Virus record (IMG/VR): IMGVR_UViG_3300045988_151306 | Reading direction: 5' to 3' (one strand) | Source: a virus | Length of the DNA stretch: 16,477 bases | In this document: one piece after another, positions 8,473-16,027 of the stretch | Position numbering within the stretch: the stretch's first letter is position 1 | Layout of the letters: the number at the start of each line of letters is the position of its first letter | The notes under the pieces: model-generated | The model's input: only the letters and a program-made list of their open reading frames with translations | What the model was told of the DNA's origin: nothing | Database searches by the model: none | Position numbers and translations under genes: made by a program

Positions 8473-8684
8473 GCGCTTACTCCTTTCGTGTATATAAGTT
8501 GAGCGCGACCACGCGAGGTTGTTACCTGCGTAGTCGCGCTCATTATAACGCATGGCGAAGCTGAGGCACGTTCCATTGAAACACGTAGCCAACTCGCGCG
8601 GGGTTCGGGTACCGACTGAACGGTACAGCTTCCCGAATCATCCCTACTCACGGATTTTCGTGCTCGCCGTCGCTCGCGTCACAT
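8473..8684 (-). promoter_or_regulatory. 212-nt non-coding region between the packaging ATPase and scaffold genes: late-promoter candidate (-10 TATAAT at 8542..8547, weak -35) followed by a 10-bp-arm inverted repeat (8500..8509 / 8533..8542). Also a candidate locus for a packaging RNA
   Basis: No ORF with an RBS. A perfect TATAAT on the minus strand directly abuts tgagcgcgac...gtcgcgctca. A second hairpin gtaccg-ttcagt-cggtac lies at about 8600..8620. The position is equivalent to the phi29 late A3 promoter upstream of gene 7. Confidence 0.4.
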
Positions 8685-9755
8685 TTACTTTACCCCATAC
8701 AAAGCCATCGCGTCTAGGAAACCTTCGCGCACCTTCACACTCTCAAAAAGCACGCTCCCCTCGTAATACATCTGAACGATCACCCTAAGCGTCTTGCTAA
8801 CCCGCTGCGCTGCGATGCGGTTTGGGGTGTTGTCCTTGCGCGTTAGCGCGTACACGTTACCCGCGTTATTTGGTATCTTTCCGGTGACGTGGTAGTACCC
8901 TTCGGAAATGTCAATCCAGATTCCGTACTCCGTTCCCATATGAACGCACCCCATGACGTACTTCGCGCGCGGGGGCTTCTTGGCGATGTAACGGTTATCC
9001 TCGGCGAAGTCGTTCGCGTAGGTTGCTTTTGCGTAACCGGTCACCCGCCCCATTCGACCCGCAAGGGTGTGCTCCATGCGGTAAGCATCGTGCTCGTCGG
9101 ACTCAACGATGTGCAACAGGCACATCTTGTCGAGATACCACGTGTACCCGAATTTAGGTACGCCAGTCACACCAAACGCGGCGAAATAAGGATTAATCAA
9201 GTCAACTGCGTTGCCCAACAAGAACAGACGCGGCTTCACGCGATTCTCGTTATAGGCGTCCTCGCGCGCCAAAGAATCGATCATGCGGCTCAACGTATTC
9301 CATTCATCGCGCTTGTACTGATGTGAGCTGTCGATTTTTTCCATAATGGCCTCGTCGAAAATAATATTCTCGACGTTTACGAACGTGCTTTTTTTCGCTC
9401 GCTGCAATTCGGCGAAACCGACTATGTAACCACACGTCTTCCACGGCGTGCCCTTCTTCGAGTTCTTCGGGCGGTATTTGAACTCGTCCGCCTTGCACAT
9501 ATATTCATAGGCGCTAAATTCATCATCCGTGGCGATGAGCTTGTCAAAATAACTATGCTTCACCGCGTCGCGCTCGTTTAAAGTGCGGCACACCTCCACG
9601 AACCTCTGATCTTTCTTGATCGCGCGGTTGAGCGCATAGGCGCGAAGTCCGTATGTCTTTCCCTTGTTCGGCGCGCCGACGACCATAGTGATGTCTGCGT
9701 TGTAGGAAAGCGTTTTTTCCCAGTTGTAATGCACGCCGTCATTAAGATTTACCAT
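8685..9755 (-). CDS. DNA packaging ATPase (phi29 gp16-like encapsidation protein)
   Basis: 356 aa. Walker A is GAPNKGKT and Walker B is ENIIFDEA. Matches to gp16: KTLSYNADITMVVGAPNKGKTYGLRAYALNRAIK vs KMLSYDRILNFVIGARGIGKSYAMKVYPINRFIK, and LLGNAVDLINPYFAAFGV vs CLSNAVSVVNPYFLFFNL. The start overlaps the pol stop (ATGA-type coupling). Confidence 0.85.
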   Translation of the reverse strand: MVNLNDGVHYNWEKTLSYNADITMVVGAPNKGKTYGLRAYALNRAIKKDQRFVEVCRTLNERDAVKHSYFDKLIATDDEFSAYEYMCKADEFKYRPKNSKKGTPWKTCGYIVGFAELQRAKKSTFVNVENIIFDEAIMEKIDSSHQYKRDEWNTLSRMIDSLAREDAYNENRVKPRLFLLGNAVDLINPYFAAFGVTGVPKFGYTWYLDKMCLLHIVESDEHDAYRMEHTLAGRMGRVTGYAKATYANDFAEDNRYIAKKPPRAKYVMGCVHMGTEYGIWIDISEGYYHVTGKIPNNAGNVYALTRKDNTPNRIAAQRVSKTLRVIVQMYYEGSVLFESVKVREGFLDAMALYGVK

Positions 9756-12250
9756 TGCGCTTCATTCCCTTCATCGTCTATATACGTGTAGGTCGCCCGA
9801 TCGTCCTCAATATCTATTACGCGCTCTGTGGTGTCAACCGCGCGCCCGTACCGCTCTCGCATGTACGCGATGGTGCGGGCGTTGCCACCCTTATCCGCGT
9901 CTCCCAACAAGCGCTCGGACGGATACAGCGCGATTGACTCGTGCGTATGCACGTGGGACGTTTGCCCCGTGTAGTCGGTTATGTCCATGTCCAGCACGTC
10001 CGCCGCTGCCGGACGGTAATGCTCCAATGCATGGCAAACCGGTTGCGAGACGCGAACGCCCCATCCCAACACGCGTGGGGCCACCTCCTCGAATCCATGC
10101 ACCGCGCTCATGTCATCAATCCAATTCTCGATGTGATACATACCCGTCGGTCGCGATAGGCCCGCGCATGTGATGTGCGCGTGATGCCCGTCCCAGCTCA
10201 CGCGCGCCTTGTTCCAAGCGTCCATGTGCATGGGGTACGCCTCGCCCTCGACCTCGAATGTGCCAACTCCGGTGAGCGGTGAGGCGTAATCGGGGAAGTT
10301 CTTGCGCACGCGGCTCATGCATAGGTCGATTGATGCCGTCACCGCCTCGTGAAACGGAGCTAGTGCCCGCATGAGATCGCTTGCAGAAACATCTGCATCG
10401 CATGAGATTTTAAGTGAATCGGTGTCACCTCCCAGCACGCGCACGCGCTCGCCGAACGACTTATATACAAGCTCGATTGCCGCGACGATCGCCATGCGGG
10501 AACCTCCGACGATGCGAAGGCCGTAAGGATATAGAACGAGCTTCTTCTTAGCGTCCTCATAATGCTCCTTATATGTCTCGCGTGTTACGATCGTGTCACG
10601 ATCAACGCATATCTCACCAGCATCGACCTTGTATGCGCATTTGAACACGTCTTGCGCCTCCATTCCGTAAATCGAATTAAACATTCCCTTGACGGTGGAA
10701 TTGTAATAGGCCTCGAGGTCTGCGCGTTCCATCGCACCGCTGCGGATGCGCTCGGCGATTCCCTCGGGGATGCTGCCTGGTATCTCGCGCGTGTACGGCT
10801 CTCCCGTCTCGTATGTCTTAAGGATCTGCTTGCAAGCGTCCTTGCGCGCATAGAACAGATTAGACAACAACGTCACGTAGTCCGGCGGCTTAACGAAGCT
10901 CATTGTCCCCTCGCCTAAAATTACCTCCATCGCATCCCAGGCATACACGCGGCTCATGCACCACAGCTCCAGCTCAGAGACGTTCACGATGCACGACGCG
11001 GCTTGAACGAGCTTGCCGAACGCGAAGCGGCCGTTTTCGGCCACGTCCACGTACCCGGCACTGCGAACCGCCGTCACGGTGTCGCGGTCCGCCTCGCCTC
11101 CCCACTCGCCCAGCTGTCCGGAGCCCTTGAACTTCGCTTCGGATAGCAACGCGATGTCCCAGGACTCGAACGCGCTCCCCTCACGCAAGCGGAGGTTCTT
11201 GAACCTGATTTGCGCGTGGAACGCGTACCCGAAAGGCTCTTCCCAGTGCCGCATCGCCTGATCTAAATCAGTGCTGCAAACGCCCTCGGCCATCGCCTGC
11301 AGGATGCTCGGGAGGACGCCGCGAAAATTAACCGGCTGCATGTGGCCGTTGATGTAAGCATGGTGAGCGGACGTCTCGTCGATGCTGTAAACGTTTTTCT
11401 GCACGATGCCGGAATACCGCGCGGAGGTGAACGTGAAGCCTCCCCTGAAACACGCCTTACGCAGTGCGTATTGCGCGTAAGTCGGGGCGAGTTCCTCGGC
11501 ACACATGCGCTCGAACGCCGCTTGCACTGAGATCGGTTTGCCTTTTTCGCGCGGGATGCGCAGACGGCCAGTCTCCATCTTGCCCGCCTGACGCACAAGT
11601 GATGTCTTGGTCAGCACGCGCACGCCAAGCCATTCAGGCTTCAACCATTCATTCGATTCCAACAGATAACGCAGGTAAGCCGGAATCACCTCGGTGTCTC
11701 GACCTGCGTAATAAAGCTCCTCGTCGGTCAGCGGGGTTTCCGGAGTGCGAACCTTCGAGTAATCCCAATCACCAACGGCCTTCGGCAAACCGCACGTTTC
11801 TCCCATCTTCGCAAGTCCGCGCATCTCAAGATAAAAGGTGTCCCAGAACCGCAACTTGACCGCGCCGTCCTGCACGATGTCAACGGTGTATGCGCTCGTC
11901 GCGCTCTGCGCGCTCGCGACCATGTCCCAGCGCTCGTTAAGCTCGTACATGAGCGGTTGGAGGTCGAACATTAAGTTATAGGCGCATATGACCGGAATGC
12001 AATGCTCGTCTTCGCCCCACGTTATGTAATCGTCTATGACACGCTGCATGTCCTCGCCGTGCCGGTAAAACGACACGCGCCCCGAGCCCACCTCATATGT
12101 GCGCAGATCGCAACCGCGAACGTCATTCACGATGTAAAGCACCGGGTAGGCGCGCCACTGGTTCTCACGCTCGTCAATGCAGACGTTGCACGTCTCGGTG
12201 TCATACGCGGCTGCGATCTTGAATTGCGGTTTACGTTCCTTACACCCCAT
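9749..12250 (-). CDS. Protein-primed family-B DNA polymerase
   Basis: 833 aa. Exo I is YDTETCN, Kx3NSxYG is KGMFNSIYG, motif C is LGGDTDS. The size and inserted regions fit protein-primed PolB. It lies downstream of and translationally close to the terminal-protein candidate. Confidence 0.9.
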   Translation of the reverse strand: MGCKERKPQFKIAAAYDTETCNVCIDERENQWRAYPVLYIVNDVRGCDLRTYEVGSGRVSFYRHGEDMQRVIDDYITWGEDEHCIPVICAYNLMFDLQPLMYELNERWDMVASAQSATSAYTVDIVQDGAVKLRFWDTFYLEMRGLAKMGETCGLPKAVGDWDYSKVRTPETPLTDEELYYAGRDTEVIPAYLRYLLESNEWLKPEWLGVRVLTKTSLVRQAGKMETGRLRIPREKGKPISVQAAFERMCAEELAPTYAQYALRKACFRGGFTFTSARYSGIVQKNVYSIDETSAHHAYINGHMQPVNFRGVLPSILQAMAEGVCSTDLDQAMRHWEEPFGYAFHAQIRFKNLRLREGSAFESWDIALLSEAKFKGSGQLGEWGGEADRDTVTAVRSAGYVDVAENGRFAFGKLVQAASCIVNVSELELWCMSRVYAWDAMEVILGEGTMSFVKPPDYVTLLSNLFYARKDACKQILKTYETGEPYTREIPGSIPEGIAERIRSGAMERADLEAYYNSTVKGMFNSIYGMEAQDVFKCAYKVDAGEICVDRDTIVTRETYKEHYEDAKKKLVLYPYGLRIVGGSRMAIVAAIELVYKSFGERVRVLGGDTDSLKISCDADVSASDLMRALAPFHEAVTASIDLCMSRVRKNFPDYASPLTGVGTFEVEGEAYPMHMDAWNKARVSWDGHHAHITCAGLSRPTGMYHIENWIDDMSAVHGFEEVAPRVLGWGVRVSQPVCHALEHYRPAAADVLDMDITDYTGQTSHVHTHESIALYPSERLLGDADKGGNARTIAYMRERYGRAVDTTERVIDIEDDRATYTYIDDEGNEAQW

Positions 12251-12266
12251 GACCCTTTACCTTTGG

Positions 12267-12920
12267 CTACCCGAACATGACGACCCTTGATGCCCATATA
12301 GGCGAACCGATCAACTCAGCGTCGTATTCGACCTCGGAATAAAACGCCTCGTTCTCGTCGGTAAAACCCTCGACCTCGGAGGTCGGAACGCCTGATGCGA
12401 TCGCGGCTTTAAATGCCCGTTCGTTCGCGCGTAGAACCTTCTCAAACGCCTCGGAAAGCGATGACGCGCCTAAACCACGCATAATCAATCGGTTGCGCTC
12501 CTTAGGGTCTTTGCCGCGCCAATATCGACGCGTGGCCGCGTAAAAGACGTCAACGGCCTCCTTGCCGTGATCACCGAGTGTGCTTGGAGCTCCGATGCGC
12601 GCAAGATTGATTTGACGCTGAAAAAGCATGTCGGAACGCTCGCGCGAACTCTTGACCTTGCGAGGCGCGGAGGTCATGCGATCTAGTCGCTCGCCCGCGC
12701 TCTTCGCGCGTTTCTGCGCGCGCCGAACCTCCCGCACGTCTCGTGTGCCCTGATACGACTGTGTTATCTGCGCGCGCACGCTCTCCATGTAATCAGCTCT
12801 CGCGCGTTTCTGTGCGGTGCTCATACCGCTCACATCCTCGCGCTCCATGCGTGCCAGCAAACGCTTTGCGCGCCTGCGTGCGTTGTAAATCTCGTCCGAT
12901 GCGCGTTTAGCACGTGCCAT
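12267..12920 (-). CDS. Terminal protein (TP) candidate
   Basis: 217 aa from ATG at 12920 (MARAKRAS..., RBS GGAGG 8 nt upstream). The ORF-track extension to 12983 runs through a terminator hairpin. Very basic N-terminal half and acidic, Ser-containing C-terminus (EVEGFTDENEAFYSEVEYD) as in phi29 TP. It sits immediately upstream of pol as phi29 genes 3 and 2 do. Confidence 0.55.
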   Translation of the reverse strand: MARAKRASDEIYNARRRAKRLLARMEREDVSGMSTAQKRARADYMESVRAQITQSYQGTRDVREVRRAQKRAKSAGERLDRMTSAPRKVKSSRERSDMLFQRQINLARIGAPSTLGDHGKEAVDVFYAATRRYWRGKDPKERNRLIMRGLGASSLSEAFEKVLRANERAFKAAIASGVPTSEVEGFTDENEAFYSEVEYDAELIGSPIWASRVVMFG

Positions 12921-12930
12921 ATGCAATCCT

Positions 12931-12969
12931 CCAAAAGAAAAAAGGCGATGCGGTTTGAACCGCACCGCC
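12931..12969 (-). terminator. Intrinsic terminator between the SSB and TP genes, U-tract running into the TP RBS
   Basis: Minus-strand RNA ggcggugcgg-uucaaa-ccgcaucgcc (10-bp stem, one G.U) followed by uuuuuucuuuuGGAGGauugcaAUG. Confidence 0.6.
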
Positions 12970-13008
12970 AAAACGTAACGCAACGGGATTGAGGTTTGAA
13001 GACTTGAC

Positions 13009-13422
13009 TTAAATCAATACGAGCGTCTTGCGAGAGTTGCCATTCGGGAGCGTGGAAGAAACGAGCTTCATAGGAACGATCTCGCCATCATCGAACAAAC
13101 CCGCTGCCATGAAGTTATCAGCTGCGTTGCGAACGCCCTCGGACTGCGAGAAATAGGCGGAACCATCGGCGCACACGATGGTGGTGTTCGTGCAAAGGGT
13201 GTCGATGCCGTTCTTGTCACGAGCGCGACGCACGCCCGGCTTGGTGAAAACGCCGATGACGTTAAGCGTCTCGCCCTCATGGTTGGAAAGCGACTCGGCG
13301 TTGTTCATGGCGTTGACCACGAGCTTGCGAGTCTCAGCGTCTGCGGGCTTGATTGAGGAATAGTTAGAAGGCGCGTACAAATCAGTGGAATCGACGGTTG
13401 CGAGTTGGTTGGTATCAGTCAT
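13009..13422 (-). CDS. Single-stranded DNA-binding protein (phi29 p5-like)
   Basis: 137 aa. TTIVCADGSAYFSQSEGVRNAADNFMAAGL resembles phi29 p5 TTIFAADGSLYSAISKTVAEAASDLIDL, and the C-terminal KLVSSTLPNGNSRKTLVL resembles p5 KVKVVQGTSSKGNVFFSL. This is from memory of the p5 sequence. Confidence 0.5.
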   Translation of the reverse strand: MTDTNQLATVDSTDLYAPSNYSSIKPADAETRKLVVNAMNNAESLSNHEGETLNVIGVFTKPGVRRARDKNGIDTLCTNTTIVCADGSAYFSQSEGVRNAADNFMAAGLFDDGEIVPMKLVSSTLPNGNSRKTLVLI

Positions 13423-13436
13423 GGTTGGTTTCCTTT

Positions 13437-13748
13437 CTAGAAGTCATTGACTTGTTTACCGTATGCGAGATTAATCTCACTTTTGCTGTTCTTGTAATCA
13501 ATTGCCGTTTGGACGAAAAGTTTCAGCGGAATGGAATAGTAATCAGAATCGACTTCAACGCTTGTGATTACAATTGAATTGTCATGCGTCCTGCGTCGCA
13601 ACGTGTTCGTTGCTTTTTGGACGTTGGAGTAATCGCCGATTAGCTCGAACTCAAAATCGACTAACTCGCCGGATTCCACGCGCTTACCCTTGCAATGGGA
13701 AAACGCGACGGTGCGGCCTATCATCCCACGTTCTAGTTTCTTTGGCAT
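13437..13748 (-). CDS. Hypothetical protein, AT-rich moron-like gene with its own promoter
   Basis: 103 aa from ATG at 13748 (MPKKLERG..., RBS GGGAAAGGGGG). Local GC is clearly lower than the flanking genes. No recognisable motif. Confidence 0.55.
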   Translation of the reverse strand: MPKKLERGMIGRTVAFSHCKGKRVESGELVDFEFELIGDYSNVQKATNTLRRRTHDNSIVITSVEVDSDYYSIPLKLFVQTAIDYKNSKSEINLAYGKQVNDF

Positions 13749-13782
13749 AAAATACACCCCCTTTCCCGTTGCTGTGATTAAC

Positions 13783-13812
13783 AGTATAGGTAATGGGGGC
13801 GTTTCATGTCAA
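13783..13812 (-). promoter_or_regulatory. Near-consensus sigma70-type promoter (-35 TTGACA at 13807..13812, 18-nt spacer, -10 TATACT at 13783..13788) driving the 103-aa gene
   Basis: Minus-strand sequence TTGACAtgaaacgcccccattaccTATACT lies in the 72-nt gap between the endolysin stop and the next RBS. Confidence 0.55.
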
Positions 13813-13830
13813 CAGCCAAAGCGATGATTT

Positions 13831-14499
13831 TTAATAATACGTGATGATTGGCTTGTAACCCTTCGAGCGGAGCTCACCGGCGAACTTCTCCGCGTTGGAC
13901 TTGATCGAGAACGCGCCCAACTGGACGCGGTAGAGCTTGCCCGGAGTGCTCGGGGCATCGGGCGTCTCGGGAGCGATGACGTTCGCGCCGATGCCAGCGG
14001 CTTGCAGGATACCGCGCGCCAGATCGTCCATCTGATTCATGAACTTTGCGCGATCACCGTCATTGGAGATGAAACCGCATTCAAGAAGCCGGTAATTCAC
14101 GCCCGCGCTCGCGGCTCGGTTCGGATTCGCCAAATCGGAACGGCCCACGATCGTGGAGGAACGCCCGGGAAAAAACGAAACGATGAAAGAGGCAAGAGCC
14201 TTATCGAACGCATCCGGGCTAAATCCCTTCTTGATGATGACGTGACCACCGCGCGCGGATGGTGCCGCGCTATCCATGTGAAGCTCAAGCACCATCGCGC
14301 CCTTGGGACACTGACCCTTGCCGATGCCGTTGGACTCATACCAATTAACGTCCATGTCGCCGATTTGAACATCGGAGGTGCCCAGATCTTTGATGCGCGC
14401 GGCGAGCTTGCGCACCAACGCGGCCTCGGTCTGACCTCCAGCGCACGCGCCTGAGTCTCCGGCTCCATGGCCGCAGATGATAAATAGCTTACAACTCAC
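13831..14499 (-). CDS. Endolysin: N-acetylmuramoyl-L-alanine amidase (Amidase_3) with C-terminal SPOR domain (CwlC-like)
   Basis: 222 aa. Amidase_3 signature ICGHGAGDSGA...E...LHMDS...RLLECGFISN. C-terminal SPOR-like segment YRVQLGAFSIKSNAEKFAGELRSKGYKPIITY. The start overlaps the holin stop. Confidence 0.8.
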   Translation of the reverse strand: MSCKLFIICGHGAGDSGACAGGQTEAALVRKLAARIKDLGTSDVQIGDMDVNWYESNGIGKGQCPKGAMVLELHMDSAAPSARGGHVIIKKGFSPDAFDKALASFIVSFFPGRSSTIVGRSDLANPNRAASAGVNYRLLECGFISNDGDRAKFMNQMDDLARGILQAAGIGANVIAPETPDAPSTPGKLYRVQLGAFSIKSNAEKFAGELRSKGYKPIITYY

Positions 14500-14681
14500 G
14501 CTTGCACCTCCGGGGCAATCGAATCCAGCTTCTCGGCGAGCTTGGTCATGATAAGGGTGTTCTCCTCGATGGTCTTGCGCATGTCTTCAATGGTCTTCGT
14601 GCTCGAATAAAACATCATAACAAACGCCGCGATGGGGAATGCCACGTTGCTCACCAACTCCGTAATCGCACTAATGTCCAT
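14496..14681 (-). CDS. Holin, BhlA/UviB family-like
   Basis: 61 aa from ATG at 14681 (MDISAITELVSNVAFPIAAFVMMFYSS...) with RBS GAAGGGAG. It has one N-terminal TM segment followed by a charged coiled-coil tail, like UviB/BhlA. It overlaps the endolysin start by 4 nt. Confidence 0.6.
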   Translation of the reverse strand: MDISAITELVSNVAFPIAAFVMMFYSSTKTIEDMRKTIEENTLIMTKLAEKLDSIAPEVQA

Positions 14682-14696
14682 GTACTTTCTCCCTTC

Positions 14697-14736
14697 AAAG
14701 AAAAACAGGGTTGCGTCACTTTTAACGCAACCCCTT
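14697..14736 (-). terminator. Intrinsic terminator downstream of the 142-aa gene, U-tract abutting the holin RBS
   Basis: Minus-strand RNA ggguugcgu-uaaaagug-acgcaaccc then uguuuuucuuuGAAGGGAGaaaguacAUG. Confidence 0.55.
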
Positions 14737-14739
14737 GCC

Positions 14740-15168
14740 CTAGGAAAGATTATACACACGTTTGCGTCGGTCGCGCTCGCGCTTCAATTTGATTAACGCT
14801 TGCTCGTACCTGCGCCGTGCAAGTTTGAATTGATGAGCTCCGTGCCGCTCGCCCGTTGCCCATCGCGCTGCTGCGAACACACGCATAATCTCGGCCTTGT
14901 ACGTGTAGAACTTGATGAGTTCCGCGATGCCCTCATCAGGCCAGATGCGCAGGACGTTGCAATCGAGGTGCGTCACCTGCTCGGGCTTCACACGGGTGGG
15001 GTCGAACGCGCACATATGCGCGCATTGCAGCTCGCGCTCGCGCTTTAAAACGTGCTCGACGTTAACCAAATAAGGGTACAAGTCCGGATATACAGACTTG
15101 GCAATGTGCATGACCCAATCGCGGCGCACCGGAGTTGAGTTCTTCACAAGCCATGTAGAGACTTTCAC
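14740..15168 (-). CDS. Hypothetical protein with basic C-terminal tail (KLKRERDRRKR). Possible nucleic-acid-binding early protein
   Basis: 142 aa. GTG start at 15168 preceded by AAGGAA at 6-nt spacing. The in-frame TAA of the upstream gene is 4 codons before. Confidence 0.5.
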   Translation of the reverse strand: MKVSTWLVKNSTPVRRDWVMHIAKSVYPDLYPYLVNVEHVLKRERELQCAHMCAFDPTRVKPEQVTHLDCNVLRIWPDEGIAELIKFYTYKAEIMRVFAAARWATGERHGAHQFKLARRRYEQALIKLKRERDRRKRVYNLS

Positions 15169-15180
15169 GCGATGTTCCTT

Positions 15181-15414
15181 TTACACCAAATCGGGAATGA
15201 CCCCGAGCCGAAAGTAAATGTTGCAGAAAAGAACGATGCATATGAGAACGACGATTATTAGAGCGGATGTTAGGACGTAGAGCCAATTAGTCAGATGTTC
15301 GTTGAGCTCATATTGACGTTGCATCTTACTAGCTAAAACATGGTCAACTCTCACGACCATCTTGTAACACTGTTTAAGTGGTAGGCACTTCATATCCTTT
15401 TCAGTGTAAACCAT
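15181..15414 (-). CDS. Small membrane protein (single C-terminal TM segment), AT-rich
   Basis: 77 aa, RBS GGGGAAA. Hydrophobic stretch LYVLTSALIIVVLICIVLFC. GC is well below the genome core. Confidence 0.5.
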   Translation of the reverse strand: MVYTEKDMKCLPLKQCYKMVVRVDHVLASKMQRQYELNEHLTNWLYVLTSALIIVVLICIVLFCNIYFRLGVIPDLV

Positions 15415-15436
15415 ATTGTTTCCCCTTTCCCTTTAT

Positions 15437-15898
15437 TTAACGACTTATACACCCCTGAACTGCACTGGTGATGATTATAGGATCGCGTGAAGTTTCGATT
15501 GTGGACGTAATTATAAGCGGTGCTACGCGCTTGCTGCCCTTGCCATGGTGAAACTGCATATTCTTTGACCCCAACACCCTATGAGGTCGCATCGCGAGCG
15601 CGATACAAGCAGGGTCGTAGTAAGGAGGCATGCCGGAGAAATTGCGATCGTCAGGATCATAATCAAGGATTGCATTGAAGGTGCGCGCGCGATCCATGTA
15701 TGCGATTGAATGGCCGAAAAGCGCTTTGAAGATGCTGCCCGGTTGGTACAGGCCCTCGATTCGATGCATGACGTATGTATTAGTTACGTAAATTACCCGA
15801 TTATGAACGCACACGCAATCAAATGGCGCGTGCGTCCCAGGCTTGCATGTGCACGCACATAAGGCGCGCCATAGAGCATTTGTCTCGGTCTTGTTCAT
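15437..15898 (-). CDS. Hypothetical Cys/His-rich protein (first gene of the right-end leftward operon)
   Basis: 153 aa from ATG at 15898 (MNKTETNALW..., RBS AAAGGGGAG). Cys cluster CACTCKPGTHAPFDCVCVH. No confident family assignment. Confidence 0.5.
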   Translation of the reverse strand: MNKTETNALWRALCACTCKPGTHAPFDCVCVHNRVIYVTNTYVMHRIEGLYQPGSIFKALFGHSIAYMDRARTFNAILDYDPDDRNFSGMPPYYDPACIALAMRPHRVLGSKNMQFHHGKGSKRVAPLIITSTIETSRDPIIITSAVQGCISR

Positions 15899-15933
15899 GT
15901 GCTCCCCTTTCATGGAGTTGGTACGTGGTTATT

Positions 15934-15961
15934 ATTTTAATGAACGTGAGCATAATTGCAA
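15934..15961 (-). promoter_or_regulatory. Candidate early promoter for the leftward operon (-35 TTGCAA at 15956..15961, 16-nt spacer, -10 TAAAAT at 15934..15939)
   Basis: Located in the AT-rich 129-nt divergent intergenic region. Confidence 0.4.
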
Positions 15962-15982
15962 CTTGTTTTTTGTTGTTACGAG

Positions 15983-15991
15983 TGTTAATAT
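15983..15991 (+). promoter_or_regulatory. Candidate extended -10 promoter (TGtTAATAT) for the rightward gene
   Basis: TGnTAATAT lies about 37 nt upstream of the ATG at 16028. No good -35. Confidence 0.3.
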
Positions 15992-16027
15992 AGTTGTGTC
16001 AGGAAAGGAAGCGGGAAGGAGCTTCAG

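Noticed and set aside
8580-8640. ttcaatggaacg resembling the phi29 pRNA 5' end (UCAAUGGUACGG)
   Set aside because: An 11-nt resemblance can arise by chance. It is kept only as a pointer inside the pRNA-candidate finding and not called as an ncRNA feature.
12984-13008. Upstream extension of the TP ORF to 12983 (MRYVLAVRFKPHRLFSFGGLHM...)
   Set aside because: The extension is translated from the terminator stem-loop and U-tract and has no RBS. The ATG at 12920 with GGAGG is preferred.
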